The notes beneath the pieces were generated by a model. That model saw nothing but the letters and a program-made list of their open reading frames with translations, was not told the origin of the DNA and did not search any database. Shown in pieces: positions 25,601 through 38,949 of a DNA stretch of 64,000 nt; position 1 is the stretch's first letter, and every line of letters starts with the position of its first letter. Both the position numbers and the translations under genes were made by a program. Source of the stretch: Squalus acanthias (lineage: Eukaryota); the NCBI GenBank assembly GCA_030390025.1, contig CM059431.1:100008001-100072000 (forward strand), in the 5' to 3' direction.

Positions 25601-28600
25601 TTATCCACTGCTGTTGGGTCCACACTGTCCCCTTTATTCACTGTTGTCTGGTCCACACTGTCCCCTTTGTCCACTGTTGTCTGGTCCACACTATCCCCTT
25701 TATCCACTGCGGTCTGGTCCACACTGTCCCCTTTATCCACTGTTGTCTGGTCCACACTATCCCCTTTATCCACTGTTGTTTGGTCCACACTATCCCCTTT
25801 ATCCACTGTTGTCTGGTCCACACTATCCCCTTTATTCACTGTTGTCTGGTCCACACTGTCCCCTTTATCCACTGCTGTCTGGTCCACATTGTCCCCTTTA
25901 TCCACTGCTGTCTGGTCCACACTGTCCCCTTTATCCACTGTTGTCTGGTCCACACTATCCCCTTTATCCACTGTTGTCTGGTCCACACTGTCCCCTTTAT
26001 CCACTGTTGTCTGGTCCACACTGTCCCCTTTATCCACTGTTGTCTGGCCTACACTGTCCCGTTTATCCACTGTTGTCTGGTCCACACTATCCCCTTTATC
26101 CACTGCTGTCTGGTCCACACTATCCCCTTTATCCACTGTTGTCTGGTCCACACTATCCCCTTTATCCACTGTTGTCTGGTCCACACTGTCCCCTTTATCC
26201 ACTGTTGTCTGGTCCACACTATCCCCTTTATTCACTGTTGTCTGGTCCACACTATCCCCTTTATCCACTGTTGTCTGGTCCACACTAATTCCTTTATCCA
26301 CTGCTGTCTGGTCCACACTATCCCCTTTATCCACTGTTGTCTGTTCCACACTATCCCCTTTATCCACTGCAGTCTGGTCCACACTGTCCCCTTTATCCAC
26401 TGTTGTCTGGTCCACACTATCCCCTTTATTCACTGCGGTCTGGTCCACACTATCCCCTTTATTCACTGTTGTCTGGTCCACACTATCCCCTTTATCCACT
26501 GTTGTCTTGTCCACACTATCCCCTTTATCCACTGCTGTCTGGTCCACACTATCCCCTTTATCCACTGCGGTCTGGTCCACACTGTCCCCTTTATTCACTG
26601 TTGTCTGGTCCACACTGTCCCCTTTATCCACTGTTGTCTGGTCCACACTGTCCCCTTTATCCACTGTGGTCTGGTCCACACTGTCCCCTTTATCCACTGG
26701 TGTCTGGTCCACACTATCCCCTTTATCCACTGTTGTCTGGTCCACACTATCCCCTTTATCCACTGTTGTCTGGTCCACACTATCCCCTTTATCCACTGTT
26801 GTCTGGTCCACACTATCCCCTTTATCCACTGTTGTCTGGTCCACACTATCCCCTTTATTCACTGTTGTCTGGTCCACACTGTCCCCTTTATCCACTGCTG
26901 TCTGGTCCACATTGTCCCCTTTATCCGCTGCTGTCTGGTCCACACTGTCCCCTTTATCCACTGTTGTCTGGTCCACACTATCCCCTTTATCCACTGTTGT
27001 CTGGTCCACACTATCCCCTTTATCCACTGTTGTCTGATCCACACTGTCCCCTTTATCCACTGTTGTCTGGTCCACACTGTCCCCTTTATCCACTGCTGTC
27101 TGGTCCACATTGTCCCCTTTATCCACTGCTGTCTGGTCCACACTATCCCCTTTATCCACTGTTGTCTGGTCCACACTATCCCCTTTATCCACTGTTGTCT
27201 GGTCCACACTGTCCCCTTTATCCACTGTTGTCTGGTCCACACTATCCCCTTTATTCACTGTTGTCTGGTCCACACTATCCCTTTTATCCACTGTTGTCTG
27301 GTCCACACTAAATCCTTTATCCACTGCTGTCTGGTCCACACTATCCCCTTTATCCACTGTTGTCTGTTCCATACTATCCCCTTTATCCACTGCAGTCTGG
27401 TCCACACTGTCCCCTTTATCCACTGTTGTCTGGTCCACACTATCCCCTTTATTCACTGCGGTCTGGTTCACACTATCCCCTTTATCCACTGCGGTCTGGT
27501 CCACACTGTCCCCTTTATTCACTGTTGTCTGGTCCACACTATCCCCTTTATCCACTGTTGTCTGGTCCACACTATCCCCTTTATTCACTGCTGTCTGGTC
27601 CACACTATCCCCTTTATCCACTGTTGTCTGGTCCACACTATCCCCTTTATCCACTGTTGTCTGGTCCACACTGTCCCCTTTATCCACTGTTGTCTGGTCC
27701 ACACTATCCCCTTTATTCACTGTTGTCTGGTCCACACTATCCCCTTTATTCACTGTTGTCTGGTCCACACTATCCCCTTTATCCACTGCTGTCTGGTCCA
27801 CACTATCTCCTTTATTCACTGTTGTCTGGTCCACACTATCCCCTTTATCCACTGTTGTCTGGTCCACACTATCCCCTTTATCCACTGCTGTCTGGTCCAC
27901 ACTATCCCCTTTATCCACTGCGGTCTGGTCCACACTGTCCCCTTTATTCACTGTTGTCTGGTCCACACTATCCCCTTTATCCACTGTTGTCTGGTCCACA
28001 CTGTCCCCTTTATCCACTGTGGTCTGGTCCACACTGTCCCCTTTATCCACTGGTGTCTGGTCCACACTATCCTCTTTATCCACTGTTGTCTGGTCCACAC
28101 TATCCCCTTTATCCACTGTTGTCTGGTCCACACTATCCCCTTTATCCACTGTTGTCTGGTCCACACTATCCCCTTTATCCACTGTTGTCTGGTCCACACT
28201 ATCCCCTTTATTCATTGTTGTCTGGTCCACACTGTCCCCTTAATCCACTGCTGTCTGGTCCACATTGTCCCCTTTATCCGCTGCTGTCTGGTCCACACTG
28301 TCCCCTTTATCCACTGTTGTCTGGTCCACACTATCCCCTTTATCCACTGTTGTCTGGTCCACACTATCCCCTTTATCCACTGTTGTCTGATCCACACTGT
28401 CCCCTTTATCCACTGTTGTCTGGTCCACACTGTCCCCTTTATCCACTGCTGTCTGGTCCACATTGTCCCCTTTATCCACTGCTGTCTGGTCCACACTATC
28501 CCCTTTATCCACTGTTGTCTGGTCCACACTATCCCCTTTATTCACTGCAGTCTGGTCCACACTGTCCCCTTTATCCACTGTTCTCTGGTCCACACTATCC

Positions 28601-31600
28601 CCTTTATCCACTGTTGTCTGGTCCACACTATCCCCTTTATCCACTGCGGTCTGATCCACACTGTCCCCTTTATTCACTGTTGTCTGGTCCACACTATCCC
28701 CTTTATCCACTGCTGTCTGGTCCACACTATCCCCTTTATCCACTGCTGTCTGGTCCACACTGTCCCCTTTATTCACTGTTGTCTGGTCCACACTGTCCCC
28801 TTTGTCCACTGTTGTCTGGTCCACACTATCCCCTTTATCCACTGCGGTCTGGTCCACACTGTCCCCTTTATCCACTGTTGTCTGGTCCACACTATCCCCT
28901 TTATCCACTGTTGTCTGGTCCACACTATCCCCTTTATCCACTGTTGTCTGGTCCACACTATCCCCTTTATTCACTGTTGTCTGGTCCACACTGTCCCCTT
29001 TATCCACTGCTGTCTGGTCCACATTGTCCCCTTTATCCACTGCTGTCTGGTCCACACTGTCCCCTTTATCCACTGTTGTCTGGTCCACACTATCCCCTTT
29101 ATCCACTGTTGTCTGGTCCACACTGTCCCCTTTATCCACTGTTGTCTGGTCCACACTGTCCCCTTTATCCACTGTTGTCTGGCCCACACTGTCCCGTTTA
29201 TCCACTGTTGTCTGGTCCACACTATCCCCTTTATCCACTGCTGTCTGGTCCACACTATCCCCTTTATCCACTGTTGTCTGGTCCACACTATCCCCTTTAT
29301 CCACTGTTGTCTGGTCCACACTGTCCCCTTTATCCACTGTTGTCTGGTCCACACTATCCCCTTTATTCACTGTTGTCTGGTCCACACTATCCCCTTTATC
29401 CACTGTTGTCTGGTCCACACTAATTCCTTTATCCACTGCTGTCTGGTCCACACTATCCCCTTTATCCACTGTTGTCTGTTCCACACTATCCCCTTTATCC
29501 ACTGCAGTCTGGTCCACACTGTCCCCTTTATCCACTGTTGTCTGGTCCACACTATCCCCTTTATTCACTGCGGTCTGGTCCACACTATCCCCTTTATTCA
29601 CTGTTGTCTGGTCCACACTATCCCCTTTATCCACTGTTGTCTGGTCCACACTATCCCCTTTATCCACTGCTGTCTGGTCCACACTATCCCCTTTATCCAC
29701 TGCGGTCTGGTCCACACTGTCCCCTTTATTCACTGTTGTCTGGTCCACACTATCCCCTTTATCCACTGTTGTCTGGTCCACACTGTCCCCTTTATCCACT
29801 GTGGTCTGGTCCACACTGTCCCCTTTATCCACTGTTGTCTGGTCCACACTATCCCCTTTATCCACTGTTGTCTGGTCCACACTGTCCCCTTTATCCACTG
29901 TTGTCTGGTCCACACTATCCCCTTTATCCACTGTTGTCTGGTCCACACTATCCCCTTTATCCACTGTTGTCTGGTCCACACTATCCCCTTTATTCACTGT
30001 TGTCTGGTCCACACTGTCCCCTTTATCCACTGCTGTCTGGTCCACATTGTCCCCTTTATCCGCTGCTGTCTGGTCCACACTGTCCCCTTTATCCACTGTT
30101 GTCTGGTCCACACTATCCCCTTTATCCACTGTTGTCTGGTCCACACTATCCCCTTTATCCACTGTTGTCTGATCCACACTGTCCCCTTTATCCACTGTTG
30201 TCTGGTCCACACTGTCCCCTTTATTCACTGCTGTCTGGTCCACATTGTCCCCTTTATCCACTGCTGTCTGGTCCACACTATCCCCTTTATCCACTGTTGT
30301 CTGGTCCACACTATCCCCTTTATCCACTGTTGTCTGGTCCACACTGTCCCCTTTATCCACTGTTGTCTGGTCCACACTATCCCCTTTATTCACTGTTGTC
30401 TGGTCCACACTATCCCCTTTATCCACTGTTGTCTGGTCCACACTAATTCCTTTATCCACTGCTGTCTGGTCCACACTATCCCCTTTATCCACTGTTGTCT
30501 GTTCCATACTATCCCCTTTATCCACTGCAGTCTGGTCCACACTGTCCCCTTTATCCACTGTTGTCTGGTCCACACTATCCCCTTTATTCACTGCGGTCTG
30601 GTTCACACTATCCCCTTTATCCACTGCGGTCTGGTCCACACTGTCCCCTTTATTCACTGTTGTCTGGTCCACACTATCCCCTTTATCCACTGTTGTCTGG
30701 TCCACACTATCCCCTTTATTCACTGCTGTCTGGTCCACACTATCTCCTTTATCCACTGTTGTCTGGTCCACACTATCCCCTTTATCCACTGTTGTCTGGT
30801 CCACACTGTCCCCTTTATCCACTGTTGTCTGGTCCACACTATCCCCTTTATTCACTGTTGTCTGGTCCACACTATCCCCTTTATCCACTGCTGTCTGGTC
30901 CACACTATCCCCTTTATCCACTGCGGTCTGGTCCACACTGTCCCCTTTATTCACTGTTGTCTGGTCCACACTATCCCCTTTATCCACTGTTGTCTGGTCC
31001 ACACTGTCCCCTTTATCCACTGTGGTCTGGTCCACACTGTCCCCTTTATCCACTGGTGTCTGGTCCACACTATCCTCTTTATCCACTGTTGTCTGGTCCA
31101 CACTATCCCCTTTATCCACTGTTGTCTGGTCCACACTATCCCCTTTATCCACTGTTGTCTGGTCCACACTATCCCCTTTATCCGCTGCTGTCTGGTCCAC
31201 ACTGTCCCCTTTATCCACTGTTGTCTGGTCCACACTATCCCCTTTATCCACTGTTGTCTGGTCCACACTATCCCCTTTATCCACTGTTGTCTGATCCACA
31301 CTGTCCCCTTTATCCACTGTTGTCTGGTCCACACTGTCCCCTTTATCCACTGCTGTCTGGTCCACATTGTCCCCTTTATCCACTGCTGTCTGGTCCACAC
31401 TATCCCCTTTATCCACTGTTGTCTGGTCCACACTATCCCCTTTATCCACTGTTGTCTGGTCCACACTGTCCCCTTTATCCACTGTTGTCTGGTCCACACT
31501 ATCCCCTTTATTCACTGTTGTCTGGTCCACACTATCCCCTTTATCCACTGTTGTCTGGTCCACACTAATTCCTTTATCCACTGCTGTCTGGTCCACACTA

Positions 31601-34600
31601 TCCCCTTTATCCACTGTTGTCTGTTCCATACTATCCCCTTTATCCACTGCAGTCTGGTCCACACTGTCCCCTTTATCCACTGTTGTCTGGTCCACACTAT
31701 CCCCTTTATTCACTGCGGTCTGGTTCACACTATCCCCTTTATCCACTGCGGTCTGGTCCACACTGTCCCCTTTATTCACTGTTGTCTGGTCCACACTATC
31801 CCCTTTATCCACTGTTGTCTGGTCCACACTATCCCCTTTATTCACTGCTGTCTGGTCCACACTATCCCCTTTATCCACTGTTGTCTGGTCCACACTATCC
31901 CCTTTATCCACTGTTGTCTGGTCCACACTGTCCCCTTTATCCACTGTTGTCTGGTCCACACTATCCCCTTTATTCACTGTTGTCTGGTCCACACTATCCC
32001 CTTTATTCACTGTTGTCTGGTCCACACTATCCCCTTTATCCACTGCTGTCTGGTCCACACTATCTCCTTTATTCACTGTTGTCTGGTCCACACTATCCCC
32101 TTTATCCACTGTTGTCTGGTCCACACTATCCCCTTTATCCACTGCTGTCTGGTCCACACTATCCCCTTTATCCACTGCGGTCTGGTCCACACTGTCCCCT
32201 TTATTCACTGTTGTCTGGTCCACACTATCCCCTTTATCCACTGTTGTCTGGTCCACACTATCCCCTTTATTCACTGCGGTCTGGTTCACACTATCCCCTT
32301 TATCCACTGCGGTCTGGTCCACACTGTCCCCTTTATTCACTGTTGTCTGGTCCACACTATCCCCTTTATCCACTGTTGTCTGGTCCACACTATCCCCTTT
32401 ATTCACTGCTGTCTGGTCCACACTATTTCCTTTATCCACTGTTGTCTGGTCCACACTATCCCCTTTATCCACTGTTGTCTGGTCCACACTGTCCCCTTTA
32501 TCCACTGTTGTCTGGTCCACACTATCCCCTTTATTCACTGTTGTCTGGTCCACACTATCCCCTTTATCCACTGCTGTCTGGTCCACACTATCCCCTTTAT
32601 CCACTGCGGTCTGGTCCACACTGTCCCCTTTATTCACTGTTGTCTGGTCCACACTATCCCCTTTATCCACTGTTGTCTGGTCCACACTGTCCCCTTTATC
32701 CACTGTGGTCTGGTCCACACTGTCCCCTTTATCCACTGGTGTCTGGTCCACACTATCCTCTTTATCCACTGTTGTCTGGTCCACACTATCCCCTTTATCC
32801 ACTGTTGTCTGGTCCACACTATCCCCTTTATCCACTGTTGTCTGGTCCACACTATCCCCTTTATCCGCTGCTGTCTGGTCCACACTGTCCCCTTTATCCA
32901 CTGTTGTCTGGTCCACACTATCCCCTTTATCCACTGTTGTCTGGTCCACACTATCCCCTTTATCCACTGTTGTCTGATCCACACTGTCCCCTTTATCCAC
33001 TGTTGTCTGGTCCACACTGTCCCCTTTATCCACTGCTGTCTGGTCCACATTGTCCCCTTTATCCACTGCTGTCTGGTCCACACTATCCCCTTTATCCACT
33101 GTTGTCTGGTCCACACTATCCCCTTTATCCACTGTTGTCTGGTCCACACTGTCCCCTTTATCCACTGTTGTCTGGTCCACACTATCCCCTTTATTCACTG
33201 TTGTCTGGTCCACACTATCCCCTTTATCCACTGTTGTCTGGTCCACACTAATTCCTTTATCCACTGCTGTCTGGTCCACACTATCCCCTTTATCCACTGT
33301 TGTCTGTTCCATACTATCCCCTTTATCCACTGCAGTCTGGTCCACACTGTCCCCTTTATCCACTGTTGTCTGGTCCACACTATCCCCTTTATTCACTGCG
33401 GTCTGGTTCACACTATCCCCTTTATCCACTGCGGTCTGGTCCACACTGTCCCCTTTATTCACTGTTGTCTGGTCCACACTATCCCCTTTATCCACTGTTG
33501 TCTGGTCCACACTATCCCCTTTATTCACTGCTGTCTGGTCCACACTATCCCCTTTATCCACTGTTGTCTGGTCCACACTATCCCCTTTATCCACTGTTGT
33601 CTGGTCCACACTGTCCCCTTTATCCACTGTTGTCTGGTCCACACTATCCCCTTTATTCACTGTTGTCTGGTCCACACTATCCCCTTTATTCACTGTTGTC
33701 TGGTCCACACTGTCCCCTTTATCCACTGCTGTCTGGTCCACACTATCTCCTTTATTCACTGTTGTCTGGTCCACACTATCCCCTTTATCCACTGTTGTCT
33801 GGTCCACACTATCCCCTTTATCCACTGCTGTCTGGTCCACACTATCCCCTTTATCCACTGCGGTCTGGTCCACACTGTCCCCTTTATTCACTGTTGTCTG
33901 GTCCACACTATCCCCTTTATCCACTGTTGTCTGGTCCACACTGTCCCCTTTATCCACTGTGGTCTGGTCCACACTGTCCCCTTTATCCACTGGTGTCTGG
34001 TCCACACTATCCTCTTTATCCACTGTTGTCTGGTCCACACTATCCCCTTTATCCACTGTTGTCTGGTCCACACTATCCCCTTTATCCACTGTTGTCTGGT
34101 CCACACTATCCCCTTTATCCACTGTTGTCTGGTCCACACTATCCCCTTTATTCATTGTTGTCTGGTCCACACTGTCCCCTTAATCCACTGCTGTCTGGTC
34201 CACATTGTCCCCTTTATCCGCTGCTGTCTGGTCCACACTGTCCCCTTTATCCACTGTTGTCTGGTCCACACTATCCCCTTTATCCACTGTTGTCTGGTCC
34301 ACACTATCCCCTTTATCCACTGTTGTCTGATCCACACTGTCCCCTTTATCCACTGTTGTCTGGTCCACACTGTCCCCTTTATCCACTGTTGTCTGGTCCA
34401 CATTGTCCCCTTTATCCACTGCTGTCTGGTCCACACTATCCCCTTTATCCACTGTTGTCTGGTCCACACTATCCCCTTTATCCACTGTTGTCTGGTCCAC
34501 ACTGTCCCCTTTATCCACTGTTGTCTGGTCCACACTATCCCCTTTATTCACTGTTGTCTGGTCCACACTATCCCCTTTATCCACTGTTGTCTGGTCCACA

Positions 34601-35448
34601 CTAATTCCTTTATCCTCTGCTGTCTGGTCCACACTATCCCCTTTATCCACTGTTGTCTGTTCCATACTATCCCCTTTATCCACTGCAGTCTGGTCCACAC
34701 TGTCCCCTTTATCCACTGTTGTCTGGTCCACACTATCCCCTTTATTCACTGCGGTCTAGTCCACACTATCCCCTTTATCCACTGCGGTCTGGTCCACAGT
34801 GTCCCCTTTATTCACTGTTGTCTGGTCCACACTATCCCCTTTATCCACTGTTGTCTGGTCCACACTGTCCCCTTTATCCACTGTTGTCTGGTCCACACTG
34901 TCCCCTTTATCCACTGTTGTCTGGTCCACACTATCCCCTTTATTCACTGTTGTCTGGTCCACACTATCCCCTTTATCCACTGTTGTCTGGTCCACACTAA
35001 TTCCTTTATCCACTGCTGTCTGGTCCACACTATCCCCTTTATCCACTGTTGTCTGTTCCACACTATCCCCTTTATCCACTGCAGTCTGGTCCACACTATC
35101 CCCTTTATCCACTGTTGTCTGGTCCACACCATCCCCTTTATTCACTGCTGTCTGGTCCACACTATCCCCTTTATCCACTGTTGTCTGGTCCACACTATCC
35201 CCTTTATTCACTGTTGTCTGGTCCACACTGTCCCCTTTATCCACTGTTGTCTGGTCCACACTGTCCCCTTTATCCACTGCTGTCTGGTCCACACTATCCC
35301 CTTTATCCACTGCTGTCTGGTCCACACTATCCCCTTTATCCACTGTTGTCTGGTCCACACTGTCCCCTTTATTCACTGTTGTCTGGTCCACACTGTCCCC
35401 TTTATTCACTGCTGTCTGGTCCACACTGTCCCCTTTATTCACTGTTGT
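10628..35448. repeat. Giant 33-bp minisatellite, ~750 units, consensus CCACTGTTGTCTGGTCCACACT(A/G)TCCCCTTTAT
   Basis: Uninterrupted tandem array seen directly. 11-residue periodicity in every translated frame. Only four 32-bp units noticed (~12330, ~13520, ~14836, ~17310). Confidence 0.99.
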
Positions 35449-35552
35449 CCGATCTCAAGAGTCCACCAGTGAGCCAAACCTCACATTCTACCCTCCAGCT
35501 CTACCACACCTCAGGGTCACCTCCACAGTGATGCCAGATCACAAGACCACAG

Positions 35553-35875
35553 CCCTCCCCCCCTCCCCACCCCGCCCCCCCCCCCACCACCCCGCCCCCC
35601 CCACCACCTCGCCCCCCCCACCACCCGCCCCCCCACCACCCTGCCCCCCCCCACCACCCGCCCCCCCTCCCCACCCCGCCCCCCCACCACCCCGCCCCCC
35701 CTCCCACCACCCCGCCCCCCCTCCCCACCACCCCGCCCCCCCTCCCCACCACCCCGCCCCCCCCCACCACCCCGCCCCCCCCCCACCACCCGCCGCCCCC
35801 CTCCCACCCCGCCCCCCCTCCCACCACCCCGCGCCCCCTCCCCACCACCCCGCCCCCCCTCCCCACCACCCACCA
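35553..35875. repeat. C-rich low-complexity tract (CCACCACCCCGCCCCCC-like units); G-rich on the minus strand
   Basis: Almost pure C with interspersed A/G/T. It produces the Pro-rich and Gly-rich ORFs in the track. Confidence 0.95.
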
Positions 35876-36352
35876 TACAGCACAGGAGGCCATTCGGCCC
35901 ATCGTGCCTGTGCCGGCTCTTTGAAAGAGCTCTCCAATTAGTCCCACTCCCCCTGCTCTTTCCCCAGAGCCCTGTGAATGTTTCCTTTTCAAGTATTTAT
36001 CCAATTCCCTTTTGAAAGTTACTATTGAATCTGCTTCCACCGCCCTTTCAGGCAGCGCATTCCAGATCACAACAACTCACTGCGTAAAAAAAAATCTCCT
36101 CATCTCCCCCTCTGGTTCTTTTGCCAATCACCTTAAATCTCTGTCCTCTGGTTACCGACCCTCTTGCCACTGGAAACAGCCTCCTCATTTACTCTATCAA
36201 AACCCTTCATGATTTTGAACACCTCGATTAAATCTCACCTAGACCTTCTCTGCTCTAAGGAGAACAACCCCAGCTTCTCCAGTCTCTCCATATAACTGGA
36301 TACCATTCCAGTAAATCTCCTCTGCACCCTCTCCAAGGCCTTGACATCCTTC
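35875..36352 (-). mobile_element. CR1 LINE 3' fragment
   Basis: IWNALPERAVEADSIVTFKRELDKYL on the minus strand. Confidence 0.9.
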
Positions 36353-36580
36353 CAATACTGCTGAAATACAGATCTCCCTCCCCACCACATGCTGTCAAAT
36401 CAAAAGGGTTATTCCTCCTATGCTACCAAAGTCCAGGAATATCCACCCAGTGTGGCCAACCTTTCCCTCCTACCCAGTGCTGCTATATATCAGATACTTA
36501 TTCCCCAGTGGTGCAGAGGTTCTTGCTATTAAATTTTGTTGAATAATGCTGCTATGAAACACCTTGGGACGTTTTATTAC

Positions 36581-37045
36581 ACCCGTCACCCCCTGTGCTC
36601 GCTGACCTACATTGTCTCCCGGTCTGGCAATTCCTCGATTTTAAAATTCCCATCCTATTCTCAAATCCTCCATGGCCCTCGCCCCTCCCTATCTCTGTAA
36701 CCTCCTCCAGCCCCACAACCCTCCAAGATCTCTGCACTCCTCCCATTCTGGTCCCTTGAGCATCCCCGATAACCATCGCTCCACCATTGGTGGTCGTTCC
36801 TTCTGCTGCCTGGGCCCCAGGCTCTGGAATTCCCCCCCCTATAGCTCTCCGCCTCTCTACCTCGCTCTCCTCCTTTAAGACGCTCTTTAAAACTTACCTG
36901 TTTGACCAAGCTTTTGGTCACTTCTCCCAATATCTCCTTATGTGGCTCGGTGTCAAATTTTGATTGATAATCGCTCCTGTGAAGCACCTTGGGACATTTT
37001 ACCATCTTAAAGGCGCTGTATAAAGGCAAGTTGTTGTTGTTGTTG
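36581..37045 (+). mobile_element. L2-type LINE 3' fragment
   Basis: LAPPYLCNLLQPHNPPRSL peptide and (GTT)n tail. Same family at 46430-46970 (+), 51735-52322 (+), 60565-61037 (-) and 63560-63860 (-). Confidence 0.85.
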
Positions 37046-38949
37046 AGTGGGACTAATTGGAGACTCTTTCAAAGGGTGGGCATAGGCACAATGGGCCGAA
37101 TGGCCTGCTTCTGCGCTCCATCATTCTATCACCTCCTCATGGGTCTGCTCCTGGGCCTGGCCAAGGTGGCCATCTACAGGTCTTGTCCGTGCCCAGGTGG
37201 CCCTGGAGACGGAACGCGGAATCCGCCGGTACGCTTTAGACCTTCCGCGGCCAGTGGGCACCGCAAGGACAGGAGTGCATAGTCGATATGGGTGGCAACA
37301 GAATCATAGAATGACACAGCGCAGGAGGAGGCCTTTCAGTCCATCGTGCCTGTGCCGGCTCTTTGAAAGAGCGCTCCAATTAGTCCCACTCCCCCCTGCT
37401 CTTTCCCCAGAGCCCTGTAAATTTTTTCTGAAGTATTTATCCAATTCCCTTTTGAAAGTTATGATTGAATCTGTTGAACAGGCTGGGGCTATTTTCTCTA
37501 GAAAAGAGAAGGCTGAAGGATTACCTAATAGAGGTCTTTAAAATTATGAAGGGGTTTGATAGGTTATGCATTAGATGGTTCCACTGATGGAGCAGTTCAA
37601 AACTAGGGGCCATAAATATAAGATAGTCACTAATAAATCCAATGGGGAATTCAGGAGAAACTTCCTTACCCAGAGAGTGGTGAGAATGTGGAACTCGCTA
37701 CCACAGGGAGTGGTTGAGGTGAATAGCAGAGATGCATTTAAGGGGTGTAATTGTGCTGTAAATTCTATAGCCTAGAAATTGGTTTTCCCCCAAAAACAGG
37801 CGCAGGGATCGCGATGCGCGATCAACTCCCGCCCGTTCAGCGGAATGCAGGCAGCACGCGAACTTCATTCTGCACACTCATTTCCATGATTGTAGGTGTT
37901 CAGCCCAGCGCTGATGCGCTGCTGAGGGGCCCAAATTCGTGCGAGGCTAGCACCACTTAAAGCTAGCCTGCACTACCTAAAGGCAGTCTGCACCTCTTAA
38001 AGGGGAGGTGCATTCTGACTGCAGCAGCTCATTGAACTGGCTGGGGAAGACAGTGAAGAACAATTAATGATGGCACAACAGGGGAGAGAGCGCGCACCAA
38101 GGTTCTCGGATGCAGCACTGGAGGCCTTGGTGCAGGAGGTGGCTAGGAGGAGAGAGGTGCTGGTTCCACAGGGGGCCGGGAGGTCCTCCAGGCAACAGTG
38201 TGAAGTGCAGTGAGAGCAGATAGCCGCAGTGGTGAAGGCCAGCAGTGCAGCCCCAAGGACGTGGACGTAGTGCAGGAAGAAGTTTAATGACCTCACACGA
38301 GTGGTCAAGGTCAGTGAATTCATCCTCCAATGCACCACACCCCCATCACTCACCGACCAACAATCTCTACCAAACACGACTCATACCGCACATTCATAGC
38401 TTCACCTCACCCTCACACACTTATTACTGCTGCAAGCCTCACACCCACATCTCACAGCTTGCACACACTGGCAGCTGTTCAACCATGACAGGCACATCAC
38501 CCAAACACATTGCACCACACTCACTGACACACTTCCCTTTCTATCGCAGGAAAAGATGGCTTATAACCGGCGCCAGCAGAACCTAACCGGCGGGGAACAG
38601 GCTCGCCTGCAAAACCTCACCCCCATGGAGGAGACGGTGCTGGCCATTCTTGGGAGGGGCATGGCGGGGTTGAAAGAATAAGATGCCGGTATCCTCATAC
38701 ATAATCCTCCTTCTCACATCCCACTTCCCCCTCATCCCACAATCTCTTCTCATTTACAAGCTGCGCATGGTGTACGCATGCACCTCTTGCTTCCCCCCCA
38801 TCCCTCACCACAACCCTACCCTTGTGCCTTTCTCATTTCAGAGACCGAAGAACTCCAACCTGGGCAGGCAGTGGTGCAAGCAGAAGAGGAAGAGGAGAGT
38901 GATGATGAAGACGAAACACTGTCACTCGATCTGGCACTCACAGCCACCA

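Noticed and set aside
10628..35448. CRISPR array or telomeric repeat
   Set aside because: No spacers and no TTAGGG units.
10508..35941. Giant repetitive ORFs (up to 3230 aa; FIHCCLVHTIP, SGPHYPLYPLL, WSTLSPLSTVV, VDKGDSVDQTT, WTRQQWIKG) as real proteins
   Set aside because: Several frames on both strands are open only because the 33-bp unit lacks stops. Starts are mostly non-ATG, there is no unique domain or splice context, and 32-bp units shift frames freely.
35501..36070. Gly-rich or Pro-rich protein (extensin/collagen-like)
   Set aside because: Translation of a C-rich low-complexity tract fused to a CR1 fragment.
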